64,000 bases of DNA from Thermoanaerobaculia bacterium (GCA_963666565.1 OY762911.1:1216001-1280000), one strand, 5' to 3'. Numbered from the stretch's first letter, positions 17,978 to 27,413 are shown. Notes: generated from the sequence alone by a model not told the origin. A program made the numbers and translations.

Positions 17978-19627
17978 TTACTTGTGCCAGCGACGCCCGT
18001 TGGCGAGGCCGTCGGCGCGCGGGAAGAGCTCGTCGCGCATCGCGGCATGGTAGGCGAAGCTGGCCAGGACGACGGACGCTTGCCTGAGGTCGTCGGCGAT
18101 CAGGCGGTCGTAGACGTCCATGTTCGTGTGGAACGTCGCGTTGAAGAACTCCAGGTCGTCCTGGATGAACTGGAAGCCCTGGAGACCCGCTTCGAGAAAG
18201 GCCATGTGGTCCGTGCAGCAGGTGTTGCCGGGCACGATCCAGGTCATGCCCACGTCGTGGAACGGCTCCATCCAGGCTTCGAAGATCGGCCGGGACGCGT
18301 CGTTGCCCTGCAGGTACATGCCGCGGAAGCGGCCGTACCAGTCGACGTTGAAGTAGACGGAGAGGTTGGCGTGGGCGGCCGGCTTCTCCGGGGACGCCGG
18401 GTCGCCGAAGTGCTCGCGGACGTAGGCCCGCGAGCCGAGCAGGCCGCTTTCCTCGGCGCCCCAGAGCGCGGCCCGGATCGTGCGCCGGGGTTCGAGGTCG
18501 GCCGCTCGCAGGAGCCGCATTGCCTCCATCACGATCGCGCTGCCGGCGGCGTTGTCGGTGGCCCCGGTGCCGGCAGGTTCCGCGTCCAGGTGGCCGCCGA
18601 TCATCACGACCTCGTGCGCGAGGTCGCCGCCGGGCAGGTCGGCGATCACGTTGTAGTCGAGCGGATCGTCGTCGCCGAGGACGTTGCGGACTTCGATCTC
18701 CATCTCGACCGGCGTTCCGGCGGCGAGCAGCCGCATCATCCGGTTGTAGTGCTCGGCCGCTACCACGACCCGCGGCATCGGCACCGGTTCGTCCAGCGGC
18801 AGCGGACCGTCGCCCGAGACGTGGACGATTCCCTTGTCCATCGGGCCGACGTTGGAGGAACCGATCTCGACCAGGACGGCGACGCCCTGCCGCTCCAGGA
18901 ACGTCTCGATGTCGCGGCCCGTCAGTTCGGGCGACGCTTCCTGGCCGGCCGCCGCTCGTTCGGCGTCGGGCTCGTCCTCGTCGTCGTCCGTCGACTGGCC
19001 GGGGTTGTTCCGCGGGTCGATCTCGAGGCGGGCCATGCCGCTGAGCTCCTCGTCCGACAGCCGGACCGCCTGCGGCGAGAAGTTGGGAACCAGTTCCCGC
19101 TCGGGCGAGATGAGCAGGATCGAGGTGTCGACGCGTGCCCCCAAGGCTTCCAGGTCGTCGCGTGTTTCGACGCCGCTGAGGTCGACCGCTGCCACCGGAC
19201 CGGCTACCTTGCCGTCCGTGCTCCGGGTTCCCGGCTGCGCGTAGCCGATGACCGGCTGGTACTGCGGCGCCGTGATGTGGACCGAGGTGTGGCGGTTCTC
19301 CCAGGCGTAGCCGAACTCGCCCCAAGGCTCGAGCGTGGCGTCGAGGCCGAACTCCTCCAACGTGTCGCGGGCCCAGTTGGCGGCGCCGTCGTAGGAGGGA
19401 GAGTTCGCGTACCGGGGGCCGTAGAGGTCGGTCAGGACGTGGGCGAACTCCATGACGCGGGAGCGATTGAAGCCCTCGTCGCGGAGTTGGGCGACGACCT
19501 CGAGGTCGACGGTCTCCACCGGACCGGCGCCGCCGGTGCCCTCTTCGCCGGCCGGGACCCCGCACGCCGCGAGCGTCGCTGCGAAAGCGGCGAGTGCGGG
19601 CATCCGGTTGACACCGCGTACGATCAC
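17978..19627 (-). CDS. M28-family metallopeptidase lipoprotein (carboxypeptidase Q-like)
   Basis: Lipobox LAAC; GGHLD, GATDNAAG, WGAEESGLLGS, TDH and HTNMD zinc-binding motifs. Confidence 0.9.
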   Translation of the reverse strand: MIVRGVNRMPALAAFAATLAACGVPAGEEGTGGAGPVETVDLEVVAQLRDEGFNRSRVMEFAHVLTDLYGPRYANSPSYDGAANWARDTLEEFGLDATLEPWGEFGYAWENRHTSVHITAPQYQPVIGYAQPGTRSTDGKVAGPVAAVDLSGVETRDDLEALGARVDTSILLISPERELVPNFSPQAVRLSDEELSGMARLEIDPRNNPGQSTDDDEDEPDAERAAAGQEASPELTGRDIETFLERQGVAVLVEIGSSNVGPMDKGIVHVSGDGPLPLDEPVPMPRVVVAAEHYNRMMRLLAAGTPVEMEIEVRNVLGDDDPLDYNVIADLPGGDLAHEVVMIGGHLDAEPAGTGATDNAAGSAIVMEAMRLLRAADLEPRRTIRAALWGAEESGLLGSRAYVREHFGDPASPEKPAAHANLSVYFNVDWYGRFRGMYLQGNDASRPIFEAWMEPFHDVGMTWIVPGNTCCTDHMAFLEAGLQGFQFIQDDLEFFNATFHTNMDVYDRLIADDLRQASVVLASFAYHAAMRDELFPRADGLANGRRWHK

Positions 19628-19778
19628 CGAGTCTTCGAACCTCCGCGATTTGCTAACCGTTCGGCACTATACAGGCGGCGCCGGGATCGCCATTCCCTCG
19701 ATACACGCTGCCGGCTCGACCCCCGATGGGCTGGTTCCTCGGGCGGTCGGTTGCTGATCCGTCGGAGCGACGGGCGCG

Positions 19779-21254
19779 ATGCGCCTGGGCCACTACACTG
19801 CCGCCGTGTCCGCGATCGGCATCGCCGTTCTCCTCTTCGTCGCTCTCACGCTGTTCATAGGCGTTCGCACCTACGCGAAGATCCGCGGCCGGGCGACGAA
19901 CTACTACGTCGCCGGCAACGCGATGCCGGTTGGCGTCGTCGGCATCACCCTCTGCGCCCAGGCGTTCGACGCGAACGGTTCGGTGGGCAACGCGTCGCTC
20001 GTCCACTCGGGGGGCTTCTGGGCCGGCGCGGTGATCCCGGTCGGGCTTGCCCTGTGCCTGTTCATCGCCGGCACCTGGTTTGCAGAGCCGCTGCACCGCA
20101 TGCGGCTGATGACCCTGGCCGACTTCTACCGGCGGCGCTACAGCGTTTCGACCGAGACGTTGGCCGCTTGCCTGATGCTGCTCAGCAACGTCGTCCTGGT
20201 GGCCGGCAACCTGGCGGGGCTCGGCCTGCTGTTCGAACTCGTCTTCGGAGCGCCCTACCTCGCCATGCTGGTCGCGGTCGCGCTCTGCATCCTCGCCTAC
20301 GCCGTCTCGGGCGGTCTCTACGCCACGATCGCGACCAGCGTGCTCCAGGTCTCGATCTTCATCGTCAGCATCGCGGTGGCCGTCGTCTGGCTGGGCGGCA
20401 GCTACGGCTGGGGCACGCTGCTGAGCGCCGCTCCCAAAGGCGCGATGAGCTTCGCGGGGCTCTTCTCGCGGGAGAGCGGCGCGCTCGTCAACTGGGCGGC
20501 GCTGGGGTCGCTGGCCCTGGGCGACATCGTCGCCATCGACTTCCTCCAGCGGATGATCTCGGCCGATTCCGGCCGCTCGGCGAAGCGCGGCTGCTACCTC
20601 GCCGCCGGCATCACGCTCGTCGTCGGCCTCTCGGTCTCGCTGATCGGCCTGTCGGCCCACTTCTTCGGCCGCGAGGCAGGTTCCTCCCTGCTCGTCGACC
20701 TGGCGCTGACCGACCTGCCGCTGCTGATCGGCGGCGCCGTGCTGCTGGGCATCATCGCGGCCAGCATGTCCACCGCGAGCGGCGTCGTGCTCGACCTGGC
20801 GAACGTGATCACCCGCAACCTGGTCCAGCGTCGCAGCCGATCGACCTGGGACGACGCGCGGATGCTCCGCTTCTCCCGCTGGATCGCCCTGCCGACGATG
20901 GCCGGCGCCGTCGTCTTCGCCTACGTCCGGCCCGAGCCCGGCGTCCTGCTCATCCTCGCCTTCGACATCGTCCTCGCCGGCTGCTTCGTGCCGCTCCTGC
21001 TCGGCCTGTTCTGGCGCAGGGCGAACACGACCGGAGCGCTCGCCGGCGTGATCGCCGGCAGCGCCGCGCGGCTCGTGCTTCACTTCGCCGTCACGGATGC
21101 CTGGCGCGGCCTGGACACGCTGCTTGCTCCGTTGTTCAGCCTGATCGCGATGGTGGCGGTGTCCCTGCTGACGCAAAGGACGCATCGGCCCCGGCACGAC
21201 GAACTGCGGCGCGTCCCGTCTGAACGCGACCTCGTGGCAGGCCTCGACGCCTGA
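19779..21254 (+). CDS. Sodium:solute symporter family transporter
   Basis: Polytopic membrane protein; NYYVAG, TLADFYRRRY and IAASMSTAS motifs of the SSS family. Confidence 0.88.
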   Translation: MRLGHYTAAVSAIGIAVLLFVALTLFIGVRTYAKIRGRATNYYVAGNAMPVGVVGITLCAQAFDANGSVGNASLVHSGGFWAGAVIPVGLALCLFIAGTWFAEPLHRMRLMTLADFYRRRYSVSTETLAACLMLLSNVVLVAGNLAGLGLLFELVFGAPYLAMLVAVALCILAYAVSGGLYATIATSVLQVSIFIVSIAVAVVWLGGSYGWGTLLSAAPKGAMSFAGLFSRESGALVNWAALGSLALGDIVAIDFLQRMISADSGRSAKRGCYLAAGITLVVGLSVSLIGLSAHFFGREAGSSLLVDLALTDLPLLIGGAVLLGIIAASMSTASGVVLDLANVITRNLVQRRSRSTWDDARMLRFSRWIALPTMAGAVVFAYVRPEPGVLLILAFDIVLAGCFVPLLLGLFWRRANTTGALAGVIAGSAARLVLHFAVTDAWRGLDTLLAPLFSLIAMVAVSLLTQRTHRPRHDELRRVPSERDLVAGLDA

Positions 21255-21463
21255 CGGGCGGACGCCCGGCTCCGCCAGGACCGGCACGGACTCCGTGTCT
21301 TGGCCCCAGGCACCGGCGTCCAGCCCAGTCGGGTCAGGAGAGGTCGGCGCCCAGGTGCCTCTGAACGAGCGACGGCCGGCGACGTTGCATCCACCGGCGC
21401 CCAACCGGAGCGAGTGAAGCGGAGCAAGCGCAACCTTGCCCTATCTCCTCTCGAGCGCGCGCG

Positions 21464-22480
21464 TCACCTGGGCGCCGACCTCTCCTGACCCAGGACGGGC
21501 GGGTACCTCCGACGCCGCTGCGGCGCAGCCTCCTGGTCCCCCAATGCCTGCCAGACCGCTTTCGCGATCTGAATGTCCTGCACCGCGACGCCGGTCAGAT
21601 CCGCGATGGTGATCTCATCCTCGTCCGAGCGCCCCGTGGCCCTGCCGGCGATGATGTCGCCCAGTTCGACGAGACCGGTTTCGGCCACGTGGCCGCCCGC
21701 TACCGCGTAGTGCGACTCACCGTGGTCGATGCACTGCGACAGTGAGTCGACGGCACAGATAGCGGCTCTTGCGAACAGCGTCGGGTCCAGTTCCTGTTTG
21801 CCGGGAGCGTCGCTTCCCATCGCGGTGACATGAGTGCCCGGCCGGATCCACTCGCTGCGGACAAGAGCGCTCCTCGCCGCCGTGGCGGTGACGATCAGGT
21901 TGCTGTTCTCGCAGAGGTCCTGGAGAGTCTCGGCTATCTGAACGTCGAAGCCGGAATCCGAGAGCTCGCTCCGGTACGCCGCCGACTGTTCGCGGCGTCG
22001 CGCCCAGACCCGGACCCGGTTGCAATCGCGCGCGTGGCGCAGGTACTGCAACTGCATGCGGGCCTGCACGCCGGCGCCGACGATGCCGATGCACTCGACC
22101 GCGTCGGGCGCGAGCTGGCGGGCCGCGATGCAGCCCGCAATGGCGGTCCGCACGTCGGTCAGGTAGCCCGAGTCGTCCAGCAAGGCCAGCGTCTCGCCGG
22201 TCTTCGCCGACAGGACGATCATCATTCCGTGGCCCGTGGGAAGGCCGCGCGAAGCGTTCTCGTGGAAGCCGGTGGCGATCTTGACGACGAAGACCTCGTC
22301 GCCGTGGATGTGACCGTACTTGATGTGGCAATCGCCCGGCGGCGCGTCGAATCCCAGGTAACCGACGGAAGGCACCGTCGCCGCACCGCTCGACAGCGCC
22401 ACGAATCCGGCCTCGATCGAAGCGATGGCGGCGGGTATGTCGAGAACGGCTTTGATCTCGTCAAGGCCTGCCGTTCGCAT
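21464..22480 (-). CDS. Ornithine cyclodeaminase/mu-crystallin family protein (EutC-like)
   Basis: GYLTDVRTA, GIVGAGVQA, PGTHVTAMGSD and DLTGVAVQD motifs. Confidence 0.92.
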   Translation of the reverse strand: MRTAGLDEIKAVLDIPAAIASIEAGFVALSSGAATVPSVGYLGFDAPPGDCHIKYGHIHGDEVFVVKIATGFHENASRGLPTGHGMMIVLSAKTGETLALLDDSGYLTDVRTAIAGCIAARQLAPDAVECIGIVGAGVQARMQLQYLRHARDCNRVRVWARRREQSAAYRSELSDSGFDVQIAETLQDLCENSNLIVTATAARSALVRSEWIRPGTHVTAMGSDAPGKQELDPTLFARAAICAVDSLSQCIDHGESHYAVAGGHVAETGLVELGDIIAGRATGRSDEDEITIADLTGVAVQDIQIAKAVWQALGDQEAAPQRRRRYPPVLGQERSAPR

Positions 22481-22522
22481 TCCGGCGATACTATGGTGGG
22501 AACAGTCGGGAACGAACGGCCT

Positions 22523-22605
22523 TTGCCGCGTGCGCGCCGCGGGGTCAGCCGCCCCCCGAACCTGCGCCTCCCGGGATGCGCCCTTGCCGCGTGCGCGCCG
22601 CGGGG
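22523..22605. repeat. 22-bp perfect direct repeat in a divergent promoter region
   Basis: TTGCCGCGTGCGCGCCGCGGGG at 22523-22544 and 22584-22605. Confidence 0.75.
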
Positions 22606-22638
22606 CCGGGCCGCCGATCCGTCACCCTTCTTCGCGAC

Positions 22639-23634
22639 ATGACTGACCACCCGACCCTCGGCGACATCGTCCGGGCGCAGCAGCGCCTGGGAAGGCATCT
22701 GCGGCCGACGCCGCTTGAGGACGCCGCCGATCTCGGCGCCGGTACGTTTCTCAAACTGGAGAACGTCAACCTGACGCACTCGTTCAAGATACGAGGAGCG
22801 CTGAACGCCATGCTGTCGCTGGACGAGAAGGCGCTGGCCCGGGGCATCGTCGCCGCGTCTTCGGGCAACTTCGCGATGGCGGTCGCCTACGCCGCGCGTC
22901 TGTGCGGCGCCTCGGCGCGGATTCTGATGCCCGTCGCAACGCCGAAGAAGAAGGTAAACGGAGTGCGCCGGTACGGCGCCGGCGCTGCCGAAGCGGTGCT
23001 CTTCGGTGACAACTTCGATCAGGCCGAGGCCGAAGCCCTGCGCCGGGCCCGGGGCGGCCCGACCTGGCTATCGCCCTACAACGACAGGCGGGTGATCGCC
23101 GGGGCCGGCACCATCGGTGTCGAGATCGTCTCCGAGTTGCCCCGGGTCGAGAGGGTGCTGGTCCCCGTGGGCGGCGGCGGGCTGATTGCCGGCGTTGCCA
23201 CCGCGCTCAAGGAACTCAACCCCGCGGTCGAGGTGATCGGCGTCAGTTCCGAATCGACGCCGGCGATGTTCAACGTCTTCCACAACAGCGACAGACCGCA
23301 GGTCTGGAACACCCTTGCCGAGGCGCTTTCGGGCGACATCGAGCCGGGCTCGATGACGGTGCCGATATGCAAGCTCTACGTGGACGACGTGGTGCTCGTT
23401 GCCGAGGAACGGATCGCGTCGGCGATGCGTTTCCTGGTCGATGAGCAGGGCTGGGTGGTCGAAGGCGGCGGCGCGGTCGGCGTGGCGGCCCTCTTGCAGG
23501 GCGCGATACCCCGCGACGGCAAGATCACCGCGGTGGTCGTCAGCGGCGGCAATGTCGACGGAGAGACGTTGCGGCGGGTTCTCCAGCTTCCTGAGCGCGC
23601 CGGTCGATTGGCGAAGGAGTGGAGGGAGGCATGA
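22639..23634 (+). CDS. PLP-dependent threonine/serine dehydratase family protein (no ACT domain; EutB-like)
   Basis: LKLEN...SFKIRGA (PLP lysine), ASSGN, VPVGGGGL and VVSGGN motifs. Confidence 0.9.
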   Translation: MTDHPTLGDIVRAQQRLGRHLRPTPLEDAADLGAGTFLKLENVNLTHSFKIRGALNAMLSLDEKALARGIVAASSGNFAMAVAYAARLCGASARILMPVATPKKKVNGVRRYGAGAAEAVLFGDNFDQAEAEALRRARGGPTWLSPYNDRRVIAGAGTIGVEIVSELPRVERVLVPVGGGGLIAGVATALKELNPAVEVIGVSSESTPAMFNVFHNSDRPQVWNTLAEALSGDIEPGSMTVPICKLYVDDVVLVAEERIASAMRFLVDEQGWVVEGGGAVGVAALLQGAIPRDGKITAVVVSGGNVDGETLRRVLQLPERAGRLAKEWREA

Positions 23635-23918
23635 CCGAGACATTCACCAAGTGGGATGCGGCCGAGCATCTGGGCAGCCGGGAAGATGCCCGCCTGTACC
23701 TTGAGGCGTGCGCTGAGGAAGACCCGGGCGACGGCAGCCTGATCCGCGCGGCGCTGAACGACATCGCACGGGCAAGGAACATGAGCGGGCTGGCCCGAGA
23801 GGCGGGCTTGAGCCGGGAAGGTCTGTACAAGGCCCTTTCGAAGGACGGCAACCCCACGTTCACGACCGTCATGCGGATCACTCGGGCATTGGGTCTGCAG
23901 CTCCGCGTGACGGCCTAG
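23631..23918 (+). CDS. Addiction module antidote protein (HI1420-like HTH antitoxin)
   Basis: WDAAEHL...ALNDIARARNMSGLAREAGLSREGLYKALSKDGNPTFTTV; RBS GGAGG. Confidence 0.9.
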   Translation: MTETFTKWDAAEHLGSREDARLYLEACAEEDPGDGSLIRAALNDIARARNMSGLAREAGLSREGLYKALSKDGNPTFTTVMRITRALGLQLRVTA

Positions 23919-23936
23919 CTGGACACTCAGAAGGGC

Positions 23937-24248
23937 ATGACGGAGGCCGGCCGGGCCGGTGGAACCGGAGGTTCAGTGGACACTCAGAGCCGGCAGCTTC
24001 GCGATCTGCTCGTTCGCGAGCTTGAGGCGGAAGGCCTGCGGGTCGAGACGACCACTGCCGAGAACGGCGAGCCGGTCCTCGTCGTCGGCGAGATGAAGGT
24101 CTACCCGCGCCGCGTGCTCGAGGGCCAGATCGCCGAGAGCGGCGACCCTCGTGCAGTGGACCTCGACTGGCTCGCCAAGGCCCATCGCGCGTACTTCCGC
24201 AACCTCCGGCGGTTCCATCCGAGCCTGGTTGCCGCGGCGGCCGGTTGA
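23937..24248 (+). CDS. Hypothetical protein
   Basis: Protein-like composition; alternative GTG at 23976 with GGAGG RBS; no motif recognised. Confidence 0.55.
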   Translation: MTEAGRAGGTGGSVDTQSRQLRDLLVRELEAEGLRVETTTAENGEPVLVVGEMKVYPRRVLEGQIAESGDPRAVDLDWLAKAHRAYFRNLRRFHPSLVAAAAG

Positions 24249-24774
24249 GAACGTGACCGCGGCACAGCGTGTCGCCGCGTGGGATTCGGTGGTCGACGGA
24301 CTCGAACCGTCGATCTCCGGGTGGTTCCTTCCAGCGTCTTGCCGTTGGACGAACCACCGAATCCCTCGTTGTCACTCAGACGCGGCTACCTGCTCTTGAC
24401 ACGATCCGTTCTCCTTATCTGGGACGGGTGCCGATCGGACTCCTGCAAAGCGAGATGCCACTCGCCCCGTCGTTCACTCATGCCGATGGATCGTCGCCCC
24501 CGTTTACGGCCGGCTGCGTCGGTGCCTTCACCTTGCGATGAACGACAAGCGCCGGATCGACGTATGGCTGGCTGGAGTCGGCTTCCTCCCGCACTCGGTT
24601 ATGCCGACGGATCGCCGGATCCGTTTACGCCGCGTCTTTGGCGTCTCAGATCGGTGGCGCCGTCGCCAAGACGAGGCTGCACGCTGCCCGGCAGTTGGTG
24701 GAGGCGTCCGGCCCGAAGTCCCGAGGTTGAAGACAGCGACTCCTTCTGTAGCTGTGCGCTAGGGTTTCCGCGAA

Positions 24775-25983
24775 GTGACTCGCAGGATGTCCGCCCTCGT
24801 AGCCGCCGCGTTCGCCGGGTGTCTATCCCTCGGCACGGCCGTTCAGCCCCAGACGGAGACCACGGGCCGGCTGGACCCGTCCGACGCCGCACAATTGCGG
24901 GCCTGGGCCGAGAGAGGGCACGCCGCCTCCGCGCTTCAGCTCGGGGTGACGTACATGCAGACCGACCCCACGGAAGCGGTGAAGTGGATTCGGTTAGCCG
25001 CGGAGCAGGATCATGCCGAGGCCCAAGCCATGCTCGGACGGCTCCACCAGGTCGGGCGCGGCGTGCCACGGGACTACTCGGAAGCGCTGCGGTGGTACCG
25101 GCGCGCTGCCGAGCAGGGCTACGTCGATGCGCAGTTTCTGCTGTGGATGGTCCACCACGAGGGCCGGGGTGTGACGAAGGACCCTGTTGAAGCAGTTCGT
25201 TGGCTCCGCATGGCGGCTGAACAAGGCCACGCGGACGCGCAGTTCAAGCTCGGCATGCTGCACATTGACGGAGACGGTGTTCCTGAAGACGCCACCGAGG
25301 CCATGAGGTGGCTCCGTCGCGCGGCCCAACAGGGCCACACCCGGACGCTTGAGATGTTCGGGGACACACTCGATGAACTCGCCTCGCTGGATGCAACGCT
25401 GGACGATGCAGGAGGCAGCTCCGAAACGCAGGGCGACGTCCGGTTCAATCAACTGCTGGCTGCCGCGGAAGCCGGTGACTCGGAGGCGCAGTACGAACTC
25501 GCTGTCGCGTACGCCGAAGGGCGTGGTGGCGTAGATGACGACGAGAGGACGAAGCAGGTTCTACTCTGGGCGACTCGAGCGGCGAATCAGGGGCACCCTG
25601 GAGCGATGGCCGAACTCGGGTCTTTCTACATGGGGAACGACGACGTGATGGCTTTTCGTTGGCTGCGCCCGGCCGCCGCACAGGGCCACGGAGGAGCACA
25701 AGGCAATCTCGGCTACATGTACCAGCATGGTCATGGCGTTCCCCGAGACGACGATGAAGCCGCCCGGCTCTATCGGCTGGCCGCCGAGCAGGGGATCGCG
25801 CAGGCCCAGCACAACCTCGGCGTGATGTACCGACGCTGGGACTTCGGTCTCGACAACGACGGGACCTTCGACTACATGTTCCGCATCCAGCCCGACGGCA
25901 CCGGTCTCTACGACGATATTCTCGCGCTCAACGGACGGCACCGCCACGCCCAGCCAGACTTACCACTGCGAAGTGGAGGCTGA
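24775..25983 (+). CDS. Secreted Sel1-like repeat protein
   Basis: Signal peptide; repeats such as EALRWYRRAAEQGYVDAQ and AQGNLGYMYQHGHGVPRD; last repeat truncated. Confidence 0.88.
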   Translation: MTRRMSALVAAAFAGCLSLGTAVQPQTETTGRLDPSDAAQLRAWAERGHAASALQLGVTYMQTDPTEAVKWIRLAAEQDHAEAQAMLGRLHQVGRGVPRDYSEALRWYRRAAEQGYVDAQFLLWMVHHEGRGVTKDPVEAVRWLRMAAEQGHADAQFKLGMLHIDGDGVPEDATEAMRWLRRAAQQGHTRTLEMFGDTLDELASLDATLDDAGGSSETQGDVRFNQLLAAAEAGDSEAQYELAVAYAEGRGGVDDDERTKQVLLWATRAANQGHPGAMAELGSFYMGNDDVMAFRWLRPAAAQGHGGAQGNLGYMYQHGHGVPRDDDEAARLYRLAAEQGIAQAQHNLGVMYRRWDFGLDNDGTFDYMFRIQPDGTGLYDDILALNGRHRHAQPDLPLRSGG

Positions 25984-26178
25984 CCGCTGACGGTTGAACT
26001 GGCCTCCAGCAGAGCCGCCCAATCGCCGGTTGGCGTCGTCGTCTGGAAACCTGCCGCAGCCGTGGCGGGCGGCGGCGCCGATGGCAGGACGCCGAAGTGG
26101 GCGATGCCGGGCTGTCGGCGTAGCTGCGCGCGTATCCATAGAGATACTGTTCGTCGGTGGCGAAGACGGAAGCTCTTC

Positions 26179-26515
26179 GTGGCGAAGAGCGACCCACTAC
26201 ACGTACCGGGTTACGTGGTCGGCGGAGGACCAGGAGCATGTGGGCCTGTGCGCCGAGTTTCCGTCACTCAGTTGGCTCGCGTCCACGCCGGACGAAGCTC
26301 TCGCCGGCGTACGCCGTCTTGTAGCCGAGAGCGTCGAAGACATGCGGGCGAACGGTGAGGACCTGCCCGTTCCGTACGCGGACCGCGCATACAGCGGCAA
26401 GTTCATGGTTCGTGTGCCGCCCGAGATGCGCCGGGCGTTGGCCATCCGGGCTGCCGAGGAAGGCGCGAGCATGAACCGCCTCGTCGGGGCGCGGCTCGCG
26501 GAGCGCCCCTTGTAG
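26179..26515 (+). pseudogene. hicB: HicB-family antitoxin, apparent frameshift just after the start
   Basis: HYTYRVTWS...GLCAEFPSLSWLA...YSGKFMVRVPPE is HicB-like. GTG GCG AAG AGC GAC (26179) is one base out of frame with CAC TAC ACG (extra C in GACCCAC). Confidence 0.7.
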
Positions 26516-26611
26516 TACGCCCCGCCCATGGGAACAACGAGGCCGACCGAGCGGTCGAACCGCGCCGCGTCGGGGGGCCGGCTTCCGGCCCTTCTGCCGC
26601 GATGGCCTCAG

Positions 26612-27022
26612 CTAGCCGGGTAGGAGACCGGTGTCAACGAACTCGCGAGGAGTGACGACCTGAATGTTCTGCCGGGATCTCGCCGGGAAGTGCTGGATGT
26701 TCCCGGTGATCAGACGGTCGGCCAGGGCGGCGACGGCGACCTCGAGGAAGGGCTCGTCATCGGGGTCGGGCAGCGGAATCGGCAAGGGCATCGGGGAAGT
26801 CAGTTCGCCGACTGCTTCGAGCTGCAGAAGCAGCGCGTCGACATCCTCTTGGGCGAAAGCGAATCCGGGGCGGCGCAGTACGTCGGCGTACTCGGCGAGG
26901 ATTCGCCCGTCGTAGCAGAGGCGGAGCCTGCCGGCGGCGACCAGCGCCACGATGGTCCCCGGCGGTCCGAACGGGGAGAGCAGGCCGGACACCAGGACGT
27001 TGGTGTCGACGACGACTCTCAT
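26612..27022 (-). CDS. PIN-domain toxin (putative TA toxin)
   Basis: MRVVVDTNVLVSG, DPDDEPFLEVA and LITGN acidic PIN motifs. Confidence 0.92.
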   Translation of the reverse strand: MRVVVDTNVLVSGLLSPFGPPGTIVALVAAGRLRLCYDGRILAEYADVLRRPGFAFAQEDVDALLLQLEAVGELTSPMPLPIPLPDPDDEPFLEVAVAALADRLITGNIQHFPARSRQNIQVVTPREFVDTGLLPG

Positions 27023-27306
27023 CCGCGGCGTTGCCGTCGCGCTTCATCGATCTCCGCGTTGACCTCGTCGAGGCTCCACCGGTCGAGTCCCGCCTTGCGT
27101 GCCTGGCGCTGCATGTTGAGCACGGCCAGTTGGGATCGGGCCTGCCTGAGGGCTGCCAGCGTTGCGTCGACGGTCGATGGGGTCGCGGCGGACAGGATCG
27201 CTACCGGTTTGCCGTTGGACGTGACGACAAGGTCCTTCGCTTCCGCCAGGGACTCCCAGATCGCGGCGGAGCGAGTACGCAGGTCACGGATGCTGACGAA
27301 GTCCAT
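27019..27306 (-). CDS. Phd/YefM-family antitoxin
   Basis: MDFVSIRDLR...VVTSNGKPVAIL; ATGA overlap with the PIN toxin. Confidence 0.88.
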   Translation of the reverse strand: MDFVSIRDLRTRSAAIWESLAEAKDLVVTSNGKPVAILSAATPSTVDATLAALRQARSQLAVLNMQRQARKAGLDRWSLDEVNAEIDEARRQRRG

Positions 27307-27325
27307 GGGGCCAAACTCCTGGAGG

Positions 27326-27372
27326 GTCACAATCGAGTACGCCAGAGTGACACGATTGTGTCCCCTGGTCAA
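27326..27372 (-). promoter_or_regulatory. Putative promoter/autoregulatory operator of the Phd-PIN operon
   Basis: Inverted CACAATCG (27328-27335) / CGATTGTG (27353-27360); palindrome GACAC-GATT-GTGTC; minus-strand TTGACC -35-like hexamer at 27367-27372. Confidence 0.45.
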
Positions 27373-27413
27373 GGCGCCGGCACCGCAACCCGGCCGCGTA
27401 CACTTGGCGGCCG

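Noticed and set aside
21255-21463. Possible structured RNA between the convergent SSS and cyclodeaminase genes
   Set aside because: Only weak GC-rich pairing; no recognisable RNA motif or second copy.
22572-22587. Sigma54-like GG-N10-GC site
   Set aside because: Poor match to the TGGCAC element, and no activator gene nearby.
24395-24430. VLLIWDG resembling an IS630 DDE motif
   Set aside because: Only about 7 residues, with no other transposase motifs or terminal repeats; likely chance.
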